A DNA stretch of 48,000 nt from NCBI GenBank assembly GCA_017355425.1, contig CP070233.1, positions 5,341,272-5,389,271 of the forward strand. Reading direction: 5' to 3'. Made by a program: the position numbers and the translations under genes. This DNA comes from Dolichospermum sp. DET69 (GTDB lineage Bacteria > Cyanobacteriota > Cyanobacteriia > Cyanobacteriales > Nostocaceae). The first letter of the stretch is position 1. Each line of letters begins with the position of its first letter. A model generated the notes under the pieces. It saw only the letters and a list, made by a program, of their open reading frames with translations, was not told the DNA's origin and searched no databases. Shown here one piece after another: positions 45,744 to 48,000 of the stretch.

Positions 45744-46970
45744 TTACATTTTTATCTCAGTTTTTAACTTTTCAATCTGTTTAGTAAAGTATGACTCTTG
45801 ATACTTAAGTTGTTGTGCTATTTCTAATCCCTTCTGAAATGCTGTTAATGCTTGTGCATATTCTCGGCGTTCTAAATATAGATTACCAATTTCGCCATAA
45901 GCTAACATTAAACCATAAAAGTTGTTAGCTAGTGTTTGTGTTTCAATGAGAATTTTACTAGTTTCTAAAGCTGAATCTACTTGTTTTTGTGAACGGTAGA
46001 AAGCAATTAATTTCTCTAATGCTTCTGATGCCCTAGCGTACTGTTCTAATTGCCATGCAGTAGTATAAGCTGCTTGATAATTATCAAAAGCCAGTTGTTT
46101 TAAATTGGGATTTTCTTGAGCCAGAGATTCATAATTTGCAGCGATGGCTAATTTCAAAGCTGGAATCTCATCCAGATTTCGTTCACGAGTATAAACCTGG
46201 GCTAATTTATTCAATATATCTATTGCTGCTTGGGGTTGTTTTTCTCGCGTATAAATATAAGCTAACTGTTGTAAATATCCTAGTTCATTAGTTTTATCAC
46301 CCTGATTAATTGCCAAATCTAATAATTTTTGGTAAGTATTAGCAGCTTGGGGATAATCAAACCAACTTAAATGTAATTCTCCAATATTTTTTAAAGTCTC
46401 AATTTCTCCAGATAAATCTTTTTGTTGTTTTACTAAGATTAAAACTTGTTCATAAGCCAATATTCCCAATTTAGGAAGACGGATTTTTTCATAAGCATTA
46501 CCAAGAGATTTCCATAATTGTAAATCGTTACTTTTTTGTTTTCCTATCTCGCTTTGAATTACTTGTAATCGCTGACTAATATATTGCACCTCTTCCCGTT
46601 CATTTTGATTCCAAGCAATTTCCCCCACCCGTGATAACGCTTCCAATTCGGACAACGTACCCACATACCGTCTTAATCGTAATTCACGATTCCAAACCTC
46701 AAAGGCTTTCTTTTCATCTCCTCTTTGTAGTGTTACCTGTGCCTCTTGATTCAACCCATCTAAATCCGTCCTTAATTTTTGCAATTCTGTTAATGTTAAT
46801 TGGCGTTTATCTGGCAAATTTGGTAACAGTGGATCAGGTAAAGTTATTTCTAGGGGGTTGGGAGGAAACTTATCTAAATCTTCAATTCTTTTTTCCTTGG
46901 CGAGTGTGCCAGAAATGCACAAATGCCAGACAATGATAGTAGTAATGATTAAAATAAAACGCTGTAGCAT
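45744..46970 (-). CDS. Secreted or periplasmic tetratricopeptide-repeat protein
   Basis: 408 aa. N-terminal signal-like helix (FILIITTIIVWHLCISGTLA), followed by repeated about 34-40-aa A/Y/L-patterned units (ALGNAYEKI..., IGELHLSWFDYPQAANTYQKLLDLA, etc.). Confidence 0.65.
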   Translation of the reverse strand: MLQRFILIITTIIVWHLCISGTLAKEKRIEDLDKFPPNPLEITLPDPLLPNLPDKRQLTLTELQKLRTDLDGLNQEAQVTLQRGDEKKAFEVWNRELRLRRYVGTLSELEALSRVGEIAWNQNEREEVQYISQRLQVIQSEIGKQKSNDLQLWKSLGNAYEKIRLPKLGILAYEQVLILVKQQKDLSGEIETLKNIGELHLSWFDYPQAANTYQKLLDLAINQGDKTNELGYLQQLAYIYTREKQPQAAIDILNKLAQVYTRERNLDEIPALKLAIAANYESLAQENPNLKQLAFDNYQAAYTTAWQLEQYARASEALEKLIAFYRSQKQVDSALETSKILIETQTLANNFYGLMLAYGEIGNLYLERREYAQALTAFQKGLEIAQQLKYQESYFTKQIEKLKTEIKM

Positions 46971-47123
46971 AGTAAATTTACCTTTCTGACATTAATTAAA
47001 CGCAGTATGACAGATCAATAAAGGATCTAATTTAGGTTATAAGCAAATATCAAGTTTTACAAGTATTCTGACTCACTTACTCTTTATTTATTCTTCTTTT
47101 TCCTCCTCCTCCTTATTCTTCCT

Positions 47124-47154
47124 CCTGACTCCTGACTCGGTGACTCCTGACTCC
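47124..47154. repeat. STRR-type heptamer repeats directly upstream of the pstB-like start
   Basis: cctgactcctgactcggtgactcctgactcc. This is the inverse of the array at 11409-11452. Confidence 0.85.
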
Positions 47155-47166
47155 TTTCTTATAAAT

Positions 47167-47946
47167 ATGAGTAAAATAATTCCGGCCATTAGTGTAAAAA
47201 ACTTTAGTTTTTACTATAACAAGCAAAAAATTCTGGAAAATCTGTCAATGGATATTCCCCAAAATAAAATTATTGCCATTATGGGACCGAGTGGTTGTGG
47301 AAAATCTACCTTTTTAAAGTCTCTGAATCGCATGAGTGACTTAGAGGGAGAAGTCCAAACTGAAGGAAAAATAGAATTTTTTGGTCAAAATATTTATGAA
47401 CGACGAATTAATCTCAATCGTCTTCGTCGTCAAATTAGTACAATTTACTCTAAGCCTAATCTTTTCCCCATGAGCATTTATGATAACGTTGCTTATGGTG
47501 TGAAACTAATTGGCTGGCGACCAAAACCAGAATTAGATGGAATTGTGGAATTAGCTCTTAAATCTACCGATATTTGGGAAGAAGTCAAAAATAAGCTCTA
47601 TAAACCTGCTTTAGAACTCTCTTGTGGACAACAACAACGGCTGTGCATTGCTCGCGCTTTAGCTGTTAAACCCCAGGTTATTCTCATGGATGAACTTTGC
47701 TCTGGACTTGATCCCATCACTACCACAAAAATTGAAGAACTAATTGAGTGTTTGCGTTCTGAACTAACAATTATATTTATCTCTCAAAATATCCAACAAG
47801 TTTCTCGGCTCTCAGATTTTACAGCTTTATTTCAATACAACGAAAACCATGTTGGACAATTAAGAGAGTTTGCCTCAACTAAAAAAGTCTTAGCTCAAGC
47901 CACAGATTATCGTATCCGCGATTATGCTACTAGTTATTGCAGATAA
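47167..47946 (+). CDS. PstB-like ABC ATPase with degenerate catalytic motifs
   Basis: PstB-family blocks: GPSGCGKST Walker A, KPNLFPMSIYDNVAYG, QQQRLCIARA. The track ORF starts at a GTG at 47140 inside the STRR array. I prefer the ATG at 47167 (MSKIIPAISVKNFSFYY). There is no pstS/C/A next to it. Confidence 0.7.
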   Translation: MSKIIPAISVKNFSFYYNKQKILENLSMDIPQNKIIAIMGPSGCGKSTFLKSLNRMSDLEGEVQTEGKIEFFGQNIYERRINLNRLRRQISTIYSKPNLFPMSIYDNVAYGVKLIGWRPKPELDGIVELALKSTDIWEEVKNKLYKPALELSCGQQQRLCIARALAVKPQVILMDELCSGLDPITTTKIEELIECLRSELTIIFISQNIQQVSRLSDFTALFQYNENHVGQLREFASTKKVLAQATDYRIRDYATSYCR

Positions 47947-48000
47947 TTGTAGGAGGAGTCACCGAGTCAGAAGTCAGGAGGAAGAAAATTATTTACCTAT

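Overview
This window looks like chromosomal DNA from a heterocyst-forming cyanobacterium (Nostocales type). Supporting signs are HIP1 GCGATCGC sites, STRR heptamer arrays in short spacers, many MITE-like hairpin repeats, and a complete heterocyst-glycolipid (HGL) gene island. Layout: (i) 1-9.1 kb holds housekeeping genes: a truncated sppA, a GT4 glycosyltransferase, mlaE, two conserved cyanobacterial proteins, plsY and chlP. (ii) 9.2-16.8 kb holds a five-gene islet: a 583-aa ATP-grasp-like protein, SbnA, SbnB, a heme-oxygenase-like diiron oxidase and an EamA exporter. It should make and modify L-2,3-diaminopropionate. It is bracketed by two diverged 87-bp copies of the 3' end of the neighbouring SDR gene, which is an insertion scar. 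(iii) 16.8-36.0 kb on the minus strand holds the HGL synthase string: hetN-position SDR, hglB/hetM, hglA, hglC, hglD, hglG and hglE. (iv) 37.7-44.8 kb on the plus strand holds hgdB, hgdC, hgdA, a DUF2141 gene, a GT2 gene and hglT. (v) The right edge holds a TPR protein and a degenerate orphan pstB paralog. The most unusual feature is a 2.85-kb array of about 28 near-identical 100-bp palindromic tandem repeats. It fills the whole hglE-hglG spacer (27684-30535) and touches the stop codon of one gene and the start region of the next. It is not coding and not a CRISPR array, and I cannot assign it to any known element. The second candidate for an undescribed system is the SbnA/SbnB + diiron oxidase + ligase-like + exporter islet. 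All calls come from reading the sequence and the ORF translations and from remembered family motifs. No database search was run.
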